Positions 1 to 9,791 are shown, numbered from the stretch's first letter. The stretch: DNA of 64,000 bases from a virus (IMGVR_UViG_3300044711_000095:1-64000), one strand, 5' to 3'. A program made the numbers and translations. Notes: generated by a model not told the origin, from the letters alone.

Positions 1-471
1 TCGGTCCGGGTGTACGCCCAGTCGTTGCAGACGTTGCCGTCCGGTGAGGTCGCCGACGAACTCCCCGCCGTCATCGTCGTGTCCCCTGGCTTGAACGGGC
101 CACCGATGGAACGCGGGTCGGGGCAGGTCGACGCGGTGTGGGCGGTCGGTGTCGGCGTCGTCGTCGCAGCGAAAACGTCCGATGACGCGCAGCGGCTCGC
201 GAAACTGTACGGCGCCGCGGTCCGGTCCCTGCTGGTCCAGAAGGGTTCCCTCGGGGGTTTCGCGACGTCGACGACGTGGACGGACGAGGAGACCACCCCG
301 TACGCGTTCGACGCGACGAAAGCGGTCGCCCAATGCGTGTTGATGTTCGAGGTGTACGTGTCGGGGGTCGTGTCCCGGTTCGGTGGCCCCGCCACACCTC
401 CCGTGGACCCGACAGCCCCCGCGACAGTCGGGACCGTCACCACCGTCCACACCCCTGTCACGAAACTTTGA
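1..471 (+). CDS. Tail terminator/completion protein (5'-truncated at window edge)
   Basis: Frame open from base 1; lies just upstream of the sheath; phage-like codon usage. Confidence 0.55.
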   Translation, partial: SVRVYAQSLQTLPSGEVADELPAVIVVSPGLNGPPMERGSGQVDAVWAVGVGVVVAAKTSDDAQRLAKLYGAAVRSLLVQKGSLGGFATSTTWTDEETTPYAFDATKAVAQCVLMFEVYVSGVVSRFGGPATPPVDPTAPATVGTVTTVHTPVTKL

Positions 472-527
472 CAACCCCGGCCGGTCCCGGCCCGGGAACC
501 CCTTGACCCCCGGAAGGAAGGTGCACC

Positions 528-737
528 GTGTGGCACAAGAACGTGTCCCAAGGGCCCGTGGACCTCGGGGGACTCATGGTTCCCCCCGGCGGGTGGGTGG
601 ACACCGACAGCCCCCACGCCGCCGCCCACGTGGACGCCGGGCGGCTGGTCGCGTCCGACGTCCCGCCCGGCACCCCCGAAGACCCCCCGCTGGACCCGCC
701 GGGCCGTAAGCCCGCCGCCCGGAAGGACAACGCCTGA
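528..737 (+). CDS. Small virion-associated protein upstream of sheath
   Basis: GGAAGGAAGG RBS before GTG; stop overlaps sheath ATG (TGATG). Confidence 0.6.
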   Translation: MWHKNVSQGPVDLGGLMVPPGGWVDTDSPHAAAHVDAGRLVASDVPPGTPEDPPLDPPGRKPAARKDNA

Positions 738-2254
738 TGCCCCGTCCCAGTGTGTCCGTGCTGACCTCGGCTGCCGCTGCCGCGGCGACGCCCGGTCAGC
801 GGTTGGGCACCCTTTTCGCTGCCGCACAGACCCAGCGGGGCCCGCTCGTCGCCGACGTGACCGCGCCTCTGCGGTCGTTGGGTGACTACACGGCCCTGTA
901 TGGGGCGCGTGACGCGACGATCGGGTCGGCGGCCCTGTCGTACGACATCGCCGAGACGTTCTTCCGGTCCGGTGGCACCGCCCTGCTGATCAACCGGGTG
1001 GTGGGTCCTGCGGCGACCACTGCGTCCCTGACGTTGATGGACCGGGCCGGGTCGCCGCTGCAGACGGCGAAGGTCGTTGCGCGTGGCCCGGGGGCGTGGC
1101 CGACCAGCCACATCACCATCCAGGTCACGAACGGTGCCGCAGCCAACACGTTCCAGATCGTCGTCCTCGTCGACGCCGTCATCGCCGAGCAGTCCCCTGA
1201 CCTGGCGTCCCCCAGTGAGGCCGTCACGTGGGGCCTGCAGTCGAAGTGGGTGACCGTCCAGGATCTCGCGTCCGCGACGGCCGCACCGAACAACAACCCG
1301 GCTGTCCTCGCCGCGACCGCCCTCGGGTCCGCGATCGACGACATCGCGTCCGTCACCGACACCCAGTGGACCGCCGCCCTCAACGCGTTCCCCGCCTCCT
1401 ACGGGCCGGGCCTCGTCATGAAGATGGGCGTGTCCACGTCGGCCGGCCACGCGGGGACGATGGCCCACGCGGCGGCGAACAACCGGATGGCCCTCCTCGA
1501 CGGCGTCACCGGGTCCTCTCAGGCCACGTTGACGACCCTCGCGTCGACTGTCGCGACCGCGGCGACGGCACCCGAGTACGGGATGCTGTTCGCGCCGTGG
1601 CTGCAGATCCCGCCCGCCGCGGCGGGGGCCGCGAACAGGTCGGTCCCGGGGTCCGCTGTCGCCGCCGGCCTGATCAGTGCGCAGGTCACGAACGGCCCTG
1701 CTGCGGTCGCTGCGGCGGGCCCGAACGGTCAGGCCGGGTACGTCCTGGACACGTCCCCGACGACGTCCGGGGGAGCCGGCCAGACGTTCACCGACGCCGA
1801 ACGGGACCTCCTCGCGGGGTCGGCGGCGGTCAATGTGTTCCGCCGCGCCTACTCGGCGTCCGCAGTACCCCCGGTGGAGTTGTACGGGTACTCGACCCTC
1901 GGGACCCTGTCCAGCCCGTGGCGGCAGGCCGGGCCGCAATTCCTCCGGCTCCGGATCACCGACGAACTGCTCCTGTTGGGTGAGCAGTACATCTTCCGGA
2001 TCATCGACGGCCGACAGCATGTGATGGCCGAACTCGGTGGCGCCGCCGCGGGGATCCTCCAGGGCCACTGGGAGGCGGGGGAACTGTTCGGTAACACGGC
2101 GTCCGAAGCGTACGCCGTGGACTACACGTCCCCGAACACCCCGACCACGATCGCCGCCGGACAACTGAACTGCACGGTCGAGATCCGCGAGTCGACCACG
2201 GCCGAGACCCTCAAGTTCTCGGTCACGAAGATCCCCGTCAACCAGCCCCTCTGA
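737..2254 (+). CDS. Tail sheath protein
   Basis: 505 aa; N-term TQRGP...SLGDYTALYG, YDIAETFFRSGG..LLINRVVG; C-term VNVFRR, ELYGYSTL, GELFG..ASEAYAVD; precedes tube gene. Confidence 0.9.
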   Translation: MPRPSVSVLTSAAAAAATPGQRLGTLFAAAQTQRGPLVADVTAPLRSLGDYTALYGARDATIGSAALSYDIAETFFRSGGTALLINRVVGPAATTASLTLMDRAGSPLQTAKVVARGPGAWPTSHITIQVTNGAAANTFQIVVLVDAVIAEQSPDLASPSEAVTWGLQSKWVTVQDLASATAAPNNNPAVLAATALGSAIDDIASVTDTQWTAALNAFPASYGPGLVMKMGVSTSAGHAGTMAHAAANNRMALLDGVTGSSQATLTTLASTVATAATAPEYGMLFAPWLQIPPAAAGAANRSVPGSAVAAGLISAQVTNGPAAVAAAGPNGQAGYVLDTSPTTSGGAGQTFTDAERDLLAGSAAVNVFRRAYSASAVPPVELYGYSTLGTLSSPWRQAGPQFLRLRITDELLLLGEQYIFRIIDGRQHVMAELGGAAAGILQGHWEAGELFGNTASEAYAVDYTSPNTPTTIAAGQLNCTVEIRESTTAETLKFSVTKIPVNQPL

Positions 2255-2274
2255 CCTGAAAGGAGTAATCGGTC

Positions 2275-2694
2275 GTGACTAACGGTCAGACTTCGAACCT
2301 GTTCCTCACGTTCCTCCAGGTCAACGGGACGGTCATCGGCGACTCGTGGGACAAGAAGACCGGCGGCGGTTCGTCCGCGAACCAAACCCAGTACCGGCCC
2401 GGGGGGGTACCGGACCGACTGTCGTTGGGTGGCCCGAAGGACATCGAGAACGTCACGTTGGAGCGGATCTGGAAGCGGGAACGCGACCTGGCCGTGTACA
2501 AGATGCTGGAGCCCCTCGTGGGCCGCGCCGACGTCGTCGTCACCCAGCAGACCCTCGACAACGACTACGTGCCGTACGGGGCGCCGATCATCTACACCGG
2601 CAAGCTCCAGAAGTGCACCCCCCCGGACATGGACTCGAACTCAAACTCGGCGGCCTTGTTCTCCGTCGAGGTCACCGTCTCCCGCGTCGCCTAG
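2275..2694 (+). CDS. Tail tube protein
   Basis: 139 aa; WDKKTGGG...YRPGG..DRLSLGGPKDIENVTLER pattern; AAGGAG RBS; follows sheath. Confidence 0.85.
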   Translation: MTNGQTSNLFLTFLQVNGTVIGDSWDKKTGGGSSANQTQYRPGGVPDRLSLGGPKDIENVTLERIWKRERDLAVYKMLEPLVGRADVVVTQQTLDNDYVPYGAPIIYTGKLQKCTPPDMDSNSNSAALFSVEVTVSRVA

Positions 2695-2739
2695 CACCAC
2701 CCATCCCCCTGCACGCACCCTTCCCCAAGGAGCACCACC

Positions 2740-3219
2740 ATGCCCGAACCCGGGAGCATCCTCGACCAGATCACACGGCAGGTCGAGGGTTTCGCCGACG
2801 AGATGTTCACCGACCTGTCCCTGTCGATGTGGGGGCAGAACGGCCACCCCCCGGCGTGGTTCCGGATCCGGCCGGTGGACTCGGATTTCATCGAGAAGCA
2901 GCGGGCCAGGGCCGCGAAGGCGAAGGGCCCGGCGATCGCTGGCGCGGTCGTCCGGGGGAACCTGGCGATCCTGGCGATGGGGGTTGAGGCGTTCATCGTC
3001 GGCGAGGGCGACGGCCAGGCCCAGTTCACCCTCGACTCGGAGGATCTGAAGAAGGCTCTCGGGGTGCCCGACGCGGAGACCGCCGGTGACGTCGTGAGGG
3101 CGATCCTCGGGGTGAACGTGACGAAGGCCGACGGGTATGTCCTGTCGCTGTCTGATGCGGTGGTCCGGCATTCGGGTCACGCCGCGCAGATCGCGGAGGA
3201 GAACGCGCTGGGGGAATGA
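2740..3219 (+). CDS. Tail assembly chaperone (G-like)
   Basis: Between tube and tape measure; ends at slippery GGGGGAA before TGA. Confidence 0.8.
   Translation: MPEPGSILDQITRQVEGFADEMFTDLSLSMWGQNGHPPAWFRIRPVDSDFIEKQRARAAKAKGPAIAGAVVRGNLAILAMGVEAFIVGEGDGQAQFTLDSEDLKKALGVPDAETAGDVVRAILGVNVTKADGYVLSLSDAVVRHSGHAAQIAEENALGE
3210..3216 (+). other. Programmed -1 ribosomal frameshift site GGGGGAA
   Basis: CTG GGG GAA TGA; a -1 slip gives GGA ATG AGG into the 3216-3437 ORF. Confidence 0.8.
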
Positions 3220-3437
3220 GGGGGGGGCCATCCGTTGAGGCGGCGGCGGTGGCCCTCAGGAACGGTTGGGCGCCTCTCCCGTGGGCGTACGCGGATGTCC
3301 CGGACCGGTACCGGGCGTTCGGTGACCTGGTCCTGCAGCGGGCGAACGAGTTGCGGGCCGATGAGTGGGACCGGTTGACGCAGGCGGTCGGCGCGCAGGT
3401 CGGTTCGGTGGTGGCGAGGGCGTTCGGGGCGAGCTGA
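3216..3437 (+). CDS. Tail assembly chaperone C-terminal extension (T-like, via -1 frameshift)
   Basis: In -1 frame relative to 2740 ORF; directly before tape measure. Confidence 0.75.
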   Translation: MRGGPSVEAAAVALRNGWAPLPWAYADVPDRYRAFGDLVLQRANELRADEWDRLTQAVGAQVGSVVARAFGAS

Positions 3438-3449
3438 GGGGGTGCCCGG

Positions 3450-5420
3450 GTGGCTTCGCAGGATGATGTCGTCGTCCGGCTGCGTCTGGCGGATGTCGCG
3501 CGGTTCATCGCCGATGTGAAGGCCGGCCGGCTCGCGATCGACGACCTGGAGAAGAAGATCCGGTCGGTGTCGCGGACGGCGGAGGCGGGGTCGAAGGAGT
3601 ACGGCGGCCTCGGCTTGTGGGGTGCGACGGTCGGCCGGATGAAGTATGCGGTCGCTGGTTTGGCGTTGACGGTGGCGGCTGGCGCGGGGGCGTTGGCGAC
3701 GTTCGCGGTGAAGTCGACGGCGAGCCTGGAACAGGTCCGGATCGGGTTCAAGCAGCTCCTGGGTTCGCAGGGCGCCGCCGACCAGATGATCGGCCAGTTG
3801 CAGGAGTTCGCGAAGCGGACGCCGTTCAACTTCCAGGATGTCACGACGCTGACGCAGAAATTGCTGGCGTTCGGCGACCCAGCGAACCAGGTGTTGGGGA
3901 CGTTGACGTCCATTGGAAATGCCGTATCCGCATTTGGGGGCAGTTCCGCGGATATGGATGGAATCGTGACGGCGATGGGCCAGATCGCGATGAAGGGCCA
4001 CATCGCCGGGCAAGAGGTTCTGCAACTGAACAACCACATGATCAACGCGAAGAAGTATCTGATGGACGCGTTGGGTGTGGACGGTAACAAGTTGGCGAAG
4101 CTGATGGAAGCCGGGAAGATCAGTTCTGGTACTGCGATCCCGATCATTCTCGCGGGGATGCAGAAAGAGTTCGGCGGGATGATGGACGTCCAGTCCCGCA
4201 GCCTGTCGGGCATCTGGTCGAACCTGTTCGACACGGTTCAGCAGGAATTGACGCGGCGGGTGTCTCCGTTCCTCCCCGCGATGGAGTCGTGGCTGCAGCA
4301 ACTGGTGGACAAGGTCCCGCAGATCGCCGACATCATTTCCGGGATCATCTCGTCCGCCGTCGGGTTGGCGCAGAAGGGCATCTCGATCGGCGGCGGGATC
4401 GTGTCCGCGTTCCAGTCCGGCGACGGACACGCCATCGGCCAGGGAATCCAGGAGACGGTCACGGGTGGTCTGGTAGCGCTCGGTGGGTGGCTTCGGGGCA
4501 TCGACTGGTTCACCCAAGGCCAGAACGTGGGTAAGCAGGCCGTCCCGTTCCTGATCGGGCTGCTGTCGGGGCTGTTCGACCTGGACACGCTGAAGGATAC
4601 GTTCGAGAAGCACACCGTGGACATGATCCTCGGCCTGGTCGGTGTGATCGGCATCGGCAAGCTGGCCGGACCGATCGAGAAGATCCTGACGAAGATCCCG
4701 TTCCTGAAACTGTTCGCGCCCCTGTTCGGGAAGATCGACACGTTGGCTGGGCCGCTGGGAAGGCGCGTCTTCTCGATGTTCAGTTCCGTCGGCAGCGCTA
4801 TCGGCCGAGCCTTCTACAAGGTGTTCCCCGAGGCGTCCGCGAACATCTGGTACTTCTTCGCCCGCATCGGCGAGTTGATGAACCCCAGGAATCTTCTGAA
4901 GTTCTTCGGCAAGGCTGGCGGCTTCGCGGTCGACCTTATCGAACGGATGTTCACGTTCGGGTTCGGGATCGTCAAGAAAGTTCTGGACGGACCGTTCGGT
5001 AGGGCAATCCTCGACATCATCGCGGGCGTCCGGGAGATGGGGTCCGACATCTGGAAGGCCCTGTTCCAGCCGATGGTGGAGGTAGCGAAGATGGCGTTGA
5101 AGGGCGTCTTCAACTGGTTCGCCAGCCACTGGAACGGGATCATCGGTCATGTCCCCGGGTTGGGGTCGTGGTCGCAGATCCCGTTGCTGGCCGCCGGTGG
5201 CACCGCGGTGTCGGCTGGTGCCGCGGTGGTCGGGGACCGCGGACCCGAACTGATCAACATGCCGCGGGGTGCTTCGGTGGTCCCGCTGCCCCGCGTCCCG
5301 GAGTTCTCGGGTGTCGTCGGTGGCGGGCAGGACTCACGTCCGGTGTACTTGGTCGCCGACGGCAGGGTGATCGCCGAGATCGTGGAGCACGGGAACGATG
5401 ACCGGGCGGCGAGGCTGTGA
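3450..5420 (+). CDS. Tape measure protein
   Basis: 656 aa helical; tape-measure N-domain (LEQVRIGFKQLLGSQ..A..MI..LQEFAKRTPFNF); C-term LAAGG...GDRGPEL. Confidence 0.9.
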   Translation: MASQDDVVVRLRLADVARFIADVKAGRLAIDDLEKKIRSVSRTAEAGSKEYGGLGLWGATVGRMKYAVAGLALTVAAGAGALATFAVKSTASLEQVRIGFKQLLGSQGAADQMIGQLQEFAKRTPFNFQDVTTLTQKLLAFGDPANQVLGTLTSIGNAVSAFGGSSADMDGIVTAMGQIAMKGHIAGQEVLQLNNHMINAKKYLMDALGVDGNKLAKLMEAGKISSGTAIPIILAGMQKEFGGMMDVQSRSLSGIWSNLFDTVQQELTRRVSPFLPAMESWLQQLVDKVPQIADIISGIISSAVGLAQKGISIGGGIVSAFQSGDGHAIGQGIQETVTGGLVALGGWLRGIDWFTQGQNVGKQAVPFLIGLLSGLFDLDTLKDTFEKHTVDMILGLVGVIGIGKLAGPIEKILTKIPFLKLFAPLFGKIDTLAGPLGRRVFSMFSSVGSAIGRAFYKVFPEASANIWYFFARIGELMNPRNLLKFFGKAGGFAVDLIERMFTFGFGIVKKVLDGPFGRAILDIIAGVREMGSDIWKALFQPMVEVAKMALKGVFNWFASHWNGIIGHVPGLGSWSQIPLLAAGGTAVSAGAAVVGDRGPELINMPRGASVVPLPRVPEFSGVVGGGQDSRPVYLVADGRVIAEIVEHGNDDRAARL

Positions 5421-6118
5421 GCACCCTCAACGCGAAACCGGTCGGGTACATCCCCCCGTCTCCGCCGTCGAAGCTCGGGTATGTGACGGTCCGGTCGTCG
5501 GATGGCCGGTTCACGTTGACGGCCCTGCTGGGACAGAACCTGCCGCAACTGTCGGACGGTCAGGGCGGCTGGGTGGAGGTCGCCCGGGACAGGCGCCCGG
5601 CAGTGATCGAGTGGGATGGTCCGGCGGCAGCGAAATGCGTCCTTGAGGTGCTGCTGGACGGGTGGGCGTCGGGGGCGTCCCTCGCCGGCCAGCTCGCCGC
5701 GGTCGCTGGCCTGTGCCCGCTGTCGCCGGTCGGTGAGACGCCGGTGATGTACGTGTCGGGGTGTCCTCTGATCCCCGTCACCGTCCCGTGGGTGTGCCAG
5801 TCGGCGGTCCCTTCGGACTGGCTGCTCACGTCCTCGGGTGCGGTCGCCCGGGTCACGTACACGCTGTCCCTGCTGCAGTACCGGCTCGGGGAGTCGGTCG
5901 TGCGGAACAGCCCGGGGAAGGCCGCGGCGTCGAAGTCGGGGACGGTGTCGAAGGCGAAGGTGAAGACGTACGTCGTGAAGCGTGGGGACACGCTGCCGGC
6001 GTTGGCGGCCCGGTTCTTGGGGTCGTCGTCGAAGTGGCGGACGTTGGCGGCGGCGCAGAAACCGGCGTTGCGTGACCCGAACCACCTCAAAGCAGGACAG
6101 AAACTGACGATCCCTTGA
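5417..6118 (+). CDS. LysM-domain tail tube initiator/baseplate protein
   Basis: C-term TYVVKRGDTLPALAARFLG...DPNHLKAGQKLTIP LysM motif; follows tape measure. Confidence 0.85.
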   Translation: MSTLNAKPVGYIPPSPPSKLGYVTVRSSDGRFTLTALLGQNLPQLSDGQGGWVEVARDRRPAVIEWDGPAAAKCVLEVLLDGWASGASLAGQLAAVAGLCPLSPVGETPVMYVSGCPLIPVTVPWVCQSAVPSDWLLTSSGAVARVTYTLSLLQYRLGESVVRNSPGKAAASKSGTVSKAKVKTYVVKRGDTLPALAARFLGSSSKWRTLAAAQKPALRDPNHLKAGQKLTIP

Positions 6119-6131
6119 TGGAGGCCGTGGC

Positions 6132-7769
6132 GTGGGTGTCGACGACAGCGTGAATTACGCGAATATGATCGCCGCTATGGCGGCGAAGCAGCGCGCTGAT
6201 GCTGTCCCGTCTGGGTATGTTGACGGCGCGGATCTGTCCGCTGACGCACTTACCACGATTGCCTCAGCATCCGCACTTGCTGGCACCTACGCCCGGCTGG
6301 GTGCGCTCGATGGTGAAGCGGTATTGCCGCTCACCATTCCCACGTACGACGGCGATTCGTCGGTCGTGCACTGCGACGTCCACCTGATTCAGGGCGGATT
6401 CGGTCCGCAGAAGTTCCGGTACTGGATGGGCTTTACCCCGTACCCGGGTGCGCTGCGCGAGCAGCCCTCGGTCTGCGCGTCCTACGACGGAGTGAACTGG
6501 GTCGTTCCGACCGGAGCGCCCAACCCCGTCGTACCGCAGACTGAGATCACAGCGGCGGGGTTCCTCTACGGCTCCGATCCTGACCTCGGGCTCCTGGCCG
6601 ACGGTACGACGCTCGCGATGTACTACCGGCTGTACCGGGATGACGGCTCCCCGAAGCAGCGGATCTACCGGAAGACGACCACCGACGGCGTGACGTGGTC
6701 GGCGGCCGTCCAGTGCGTCGACGTCCCGTCGATCAGCGACTCGGCGCTCAGCCCGACCGTGGTCTACGACGGCACCAACTACAAGATGTGGACCGTGAAC
6801 CACCCCGCCGCAACCATGAATCAGCGGGTCGAGTACCGGACCAGCGCGGACGGCATCACCTGGTCGGCGGCCAGCTCGTGCACGATCCCGCTCAACGCCG
6901 ACCCGTGGCACTTGGACGTCGTCTACGCGGGCGGCGTCTACCACATGCTGCTCGACATCCTGGACAGCGGAAACGCCACCCGGCTGATCTACCTCAAGTC
7001 CAGCGACGGCATCACCTGGACCGGCCGCAGCGCCACGATGAGCAGCAACGACCGCGCCGTTCCTCTCAGTGGGTTCGCGTTCGATGCCGGTGGCCGGCAC
7101 TACCGGTCCAGCATGGTCCCGGTCATCGGCGCCAACGGGATCAACTGGGACGTCTACGTCTCGGGTCTGCCCGTCAGCTTCCGCACCGGCAACGGACCGC
7201 TCTCTATCCCGGTCGGGGCCGATGCGGGCAACCCGTGGCGGTTCGGCCTGTTCCGTGGCATGACGCTGCCGGCGCCGATCCCTACGGCTCCTTCGATGGT
7301 CATCCCTGCGGGGGCGACGATCCGCGACTACGCGATGACGGCGTGGCCGACGGCCAACGACGCGCTGTTCAGTCGGTTCCAACTGCAGGTGCCGACTGTG
7401 GTCCGGTACGTCGACTTCGCAGTCGGCACCAGTTCGGGCAACATCCAGGTGGGCTATGTCCGCCTTCGGGGCACCGATCACAAGAGCTTCGACCGGCTCA
7501 AGACCAGCGGCACGATCGCCTGCCCAGCTTCAGGTGCGGTCCGGTACGACCTGGGCGCGGAGACCCAGGAGCCCGGCGACTACGCGGTGTTCCTGTGGTG
7601 CGACAACACCACCGCCACATTCCCCGTCACCACTTCCTCCGGTGGCGGGTGGATGGCGGCGGCCAAGCTGACCGGCTCCTACACCAACGCCATCGGCATC
7701 CCCGCGTCCGATGTGCTCGCTGCGTGGACCAACCGCAGCATCGGTGTCGTCCTGGAGGGCGACAACTAA
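6132..7769 (+). CDS. Asp-box (BNR) beta-propeller glycosidase-like protein with C-terminal beta-sandwich; probable virion/receptor-binding protein
   Basis: Four Asp-boxes SYDGVNW, TTDGVTW, SADGITW, SSDGITW; YWMGFTPYP..EQPSV and DPWHLDV motifs. Confidence 0.7.
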   Translation: MGVDDSVNYANMIAAMAAKQRADAVPSGYVDGADLSADALTTIASASALAGTYARLGALDGEAVLPLTIPTYDGDSSVVHCDVHLIQGGFGPQKFRYWMGFTPYPGALREQPSVCASYDGVNWVVPTGAPNPVVPQTEITAAGFLYGSDPDLGLLADGTTLAMYYRLYRDDGSPKQRIYRKTTTDGVTWSAAVQCVDVPSISDSALSPTVVYDGTNYKMWTVNHPAATMNQRVEYRTSADGITWSAASSCTIPLNADPWHLDVVYAGGVYHMLLDILDSGNATRLIYLKSSDGITWTGRSATMSSNDRAVPLSGFAFDAGGRHYRSSMVPVIGANGINWDVYVSGLPVSFRTGNGPLSIPVGADAGNPWRFGLFRGMTLPAPIPTAPSMVIPAGATIRDYAMTAWPTANDALFSRFQLQVPTVVRYVDFAVGTSSGNIQVGYVRLRGTDHKSFDRLKTSGTIACPASGAVRYDLGAETQEPGDYAVFLWCDNTTATFPVTTSSGGGWMAAAKLTGSYTNAIGIPASDVLAAWTNRSIGVVLEGDN

Positions 7770-7770
7770 T

Positions 7771-7811
7771 CGAGATGGTGTCGCATTAGGCATTGGTGCG
7801 ACACCATCTCG
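7771..7811. terminator. Perfect 15-bp inverted repeat (hairpin), terminator or processing site
   Basis: CGAGATGGTGTCGCA-11 nt-TGCGACACCATCTCG right after the stop; no U-tract. Confidence 0.5.
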
Positions 7812-7854
7812 GCACGGCATATCGGCGGCTCTCTGACCAAGAGTGGGGGCGTGA

Positions 7855-9489
7855 ATGTCAACGTCTCTCTTGGACTTGAAGTCTCTGGTCATCAACGGGG
7901 TGGACGCGCATCGGTCGTACGCGGACCTGGTCGAGTCGCTGGTGTCCCTCACGATGCGCGAGACGATCACTGGTGCTTCGACGGTGGAACTGGTCCTCAA
8001 CGACTCCCACCGGACGATCCTCCGGTCGGCGCTCCTGTCCGGGGGGAGCGACGCGACCACGGACGTGACGGGTGCGACGGTCGCGGGGTCGACGGGGTTG
8101 AAGGGCGCGACCCTGGAACTGGACGGGGCGGGGTTCGAGGTCGCGGCGGTGAAGAAACGCGCCGGCAAGTTGACGTTGACGTTGGAGGACATGGCGGTCG
8201 CGGAGTTGCGGCGCCGGACGGGGCAGAAGGTGTCCCCGGCGGGGTCGTTGACCCGGGCCGAGTTCTGTGCGTCGCTGGTCCGCGAGGTGTCGTGGATCAG
8301 GGTGGCGTATGCGCCGGGCGCGAAGTCGTTGGAGCAGTTGGCCCGCGGGTCGGCGTCGGCTGCTGCGGCGACGGTGCCGGGTGGGCCGACGGGTTGGGGT
8401 GGGGCGGGGTCGGCGGGCACGTCGGGGAATGTGGTGTCCGGGAACGCCGTGTTGGACACCCAGGACCGGCAGGCCGCGCTCGCTGCGTCGACGGCTACCG
8501 GGTCGACGTCGGGGACGGCGTCGGCTCTGCTGCAGGCCCAGATTTCGGCGCTGTCTGAGGGCTCGGACCTGACGACGGCGCAGGAGCACCGTAACCGTGA
8601 GGACACGTGGACGGCGTGTACCCGCATCATGGGGGAGATCAACTGGCGGGTGATGTGCCGCCGCGGCGGGGTGGTGTTCGCGCCGGACGCGTGGCTGATG
8701 TCCCGGTCGGCCGCGAAGTACACCCTCAGCGAGTCCTCGGCGGGCGTGGACGTCATCGACCTTGAGTGGGACACGGGGAAGCCGTCCGCGACAGCGTCGA
8801 TGACGGTGTGGGCCGGGGCCCTGGACCTCATCCCAGGGTCCCCGGTGGTCTTGAAGGATATGGGGCCGGGGAACGGGACGTGGCTGGTGGAGACCGTGGA
8901 CCGGGCCATCAAGTCGAAGAAATGCACGGTGTCCCTGATCAGGCCGGCACCGCAGCTGGAGGAACCCCACGACGCGTCATCGAACGGCACCGGGGTTGGC
9001 GGCGAGGGCGGGTTCGGGGTGTCGACGGTGGACGCGAAAGCTATCGCGACCCTCCCGGTCGGGAAGTACGTGGGCGCTGGTGGCAACGGGGAGCGGTTCG
9101 TTCAGGCGGCGTTGGCGCAGGCCGGGAAACCGTACAGGGGTGGCGGGCATGGCCCGTCGTCGTTCGACTGTTCGGGTCTGGTGATGTGGGCGGCGCGGCA
9201 GGTCGGGGTCGATTTCCCGGCGCCGGTGTCGACGCAAACCTACTTGATCCGGAACGCTGGCGGGTTCATTCCTGTCGCCGACGCGGTCAAGACGCGGGGC
9301 GCGATCCTGTACCGGGGTGTCCCCGGGATCAACGGCGGGATGTCGGGCTCGGACCATATCGCGATCAGTCTCGGTGACGGGCGGACGATCGAGGCCCGGG
9401 GCCGGGCGTACGGGGTGGGCGTTTTCTCGGCGACGAAGGGCCGGGACTGGGCCGGCGGCGGGATCATCCCCGGGATCGGATACGCCTGA
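7855..9489 (+). CDS. Baseplate hub protein with C-terminal NlpC/P60 peptidase
   Basis: N-term hub-like (TITGASTVELVLND); C-term ALAQAGKPY.GGG.GPSSFDCSGLV...DHIAISLGDG. Confidence 0.85.
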   Translation: MSTSLLDLKSLVINGVDAHRSYADLVESLVSLTMRETITGASTVELVLNDSHRTILRSALLSGGSDATTDVTGATVAGSTGLKGATLELDGAGFEVAAVKKRAGKLTLTLEDMAVAELRRRTGQKVSPAGSLTRAEFCASLVREVSWIRVAYAPGAKSLEQLARGSASAAAATVPGGPTGWGGAGSAGTSGNVVSGNAVLDTQDRQAALAASTATGSTSGTASALLQAQISALSEGSDLTTAQEHRNREDTWTACTRIMGEINWRVMCRRGGVVFAPDAWLMSRSAAKYTLSESSAGVDVIDLEWDTGKPSATASMTVWAGALDLIPGSPVVLKDMGPGNGTWLVETVDRAIKSKKCTVSLIRPAPQLEEPHDASSNGTGVGGEGGFGVSTVDAKAIATLPVGKYVGAGGNGERFVQAALAQAGKPYRGGGHGPSSFDCSGLVMWAARQVGVDFPAPVSTQTYLIRNAGGFIPVADAVKTRGAILYRGVPGINGGMSGSDHIAISLGDGRTIEARGRAYGVGVFSATKGRDWAGGGIIPGIGYA

Positions 9490-9791
9490 TGGATGTCGCG
9501 AAGTTCAGCCGGTTCACTCCGGGCGTGCATTTGGCGCAGCAGCGGGCACCGCAGCCGTGGGATGTCCCCCAGTTGGGGCGGGTCACGAAGGTGACTGCGG
9601 CGGGGGCGTGGTTCGAGTTGCTGTCGTCGCCGGGGAACCCGTTCGGGCCGGCACCGTGGGGTCTCGGGTCGTACGCGACGGTCGCGGCGGCGATCACGGC
9701 CGGGTGGAAGCCGCTGGTCGGTGACACGTGCCTGGCGGTGTTCGCGGGTATCGGCCCCGGGTCGCCTGTCGTCCTCGCTTGGTGGAGGTGA
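9489..9791 (+). CDS. Baseplate spike/gpV-like small protein
   Basis: Position between hub and gp25; OB-fold-like G.VT.V...P.VGD.CL.VF pattern. Confidence 0.6.
   Translation: MDVAKFSRFTPGVHLAQQRAPQPWDVPQLGRVTKVTAAGAWFELLSSPGNPFGPAPWGLGSYATVAAAITAGWKPLVGDTCLAVFAGIGPGSPVVLAWWR

Noticed and set aside
458-5150. Long antisense or alternate-frame ORFs (458-2164, 3026-4234, 3177-5150 and many similar across the window)
   Set aside because: Arg/Pro/Gly-rich shadow ORFs expected at high GC; they overlap genes with recognisable motifs and lack RBSs.
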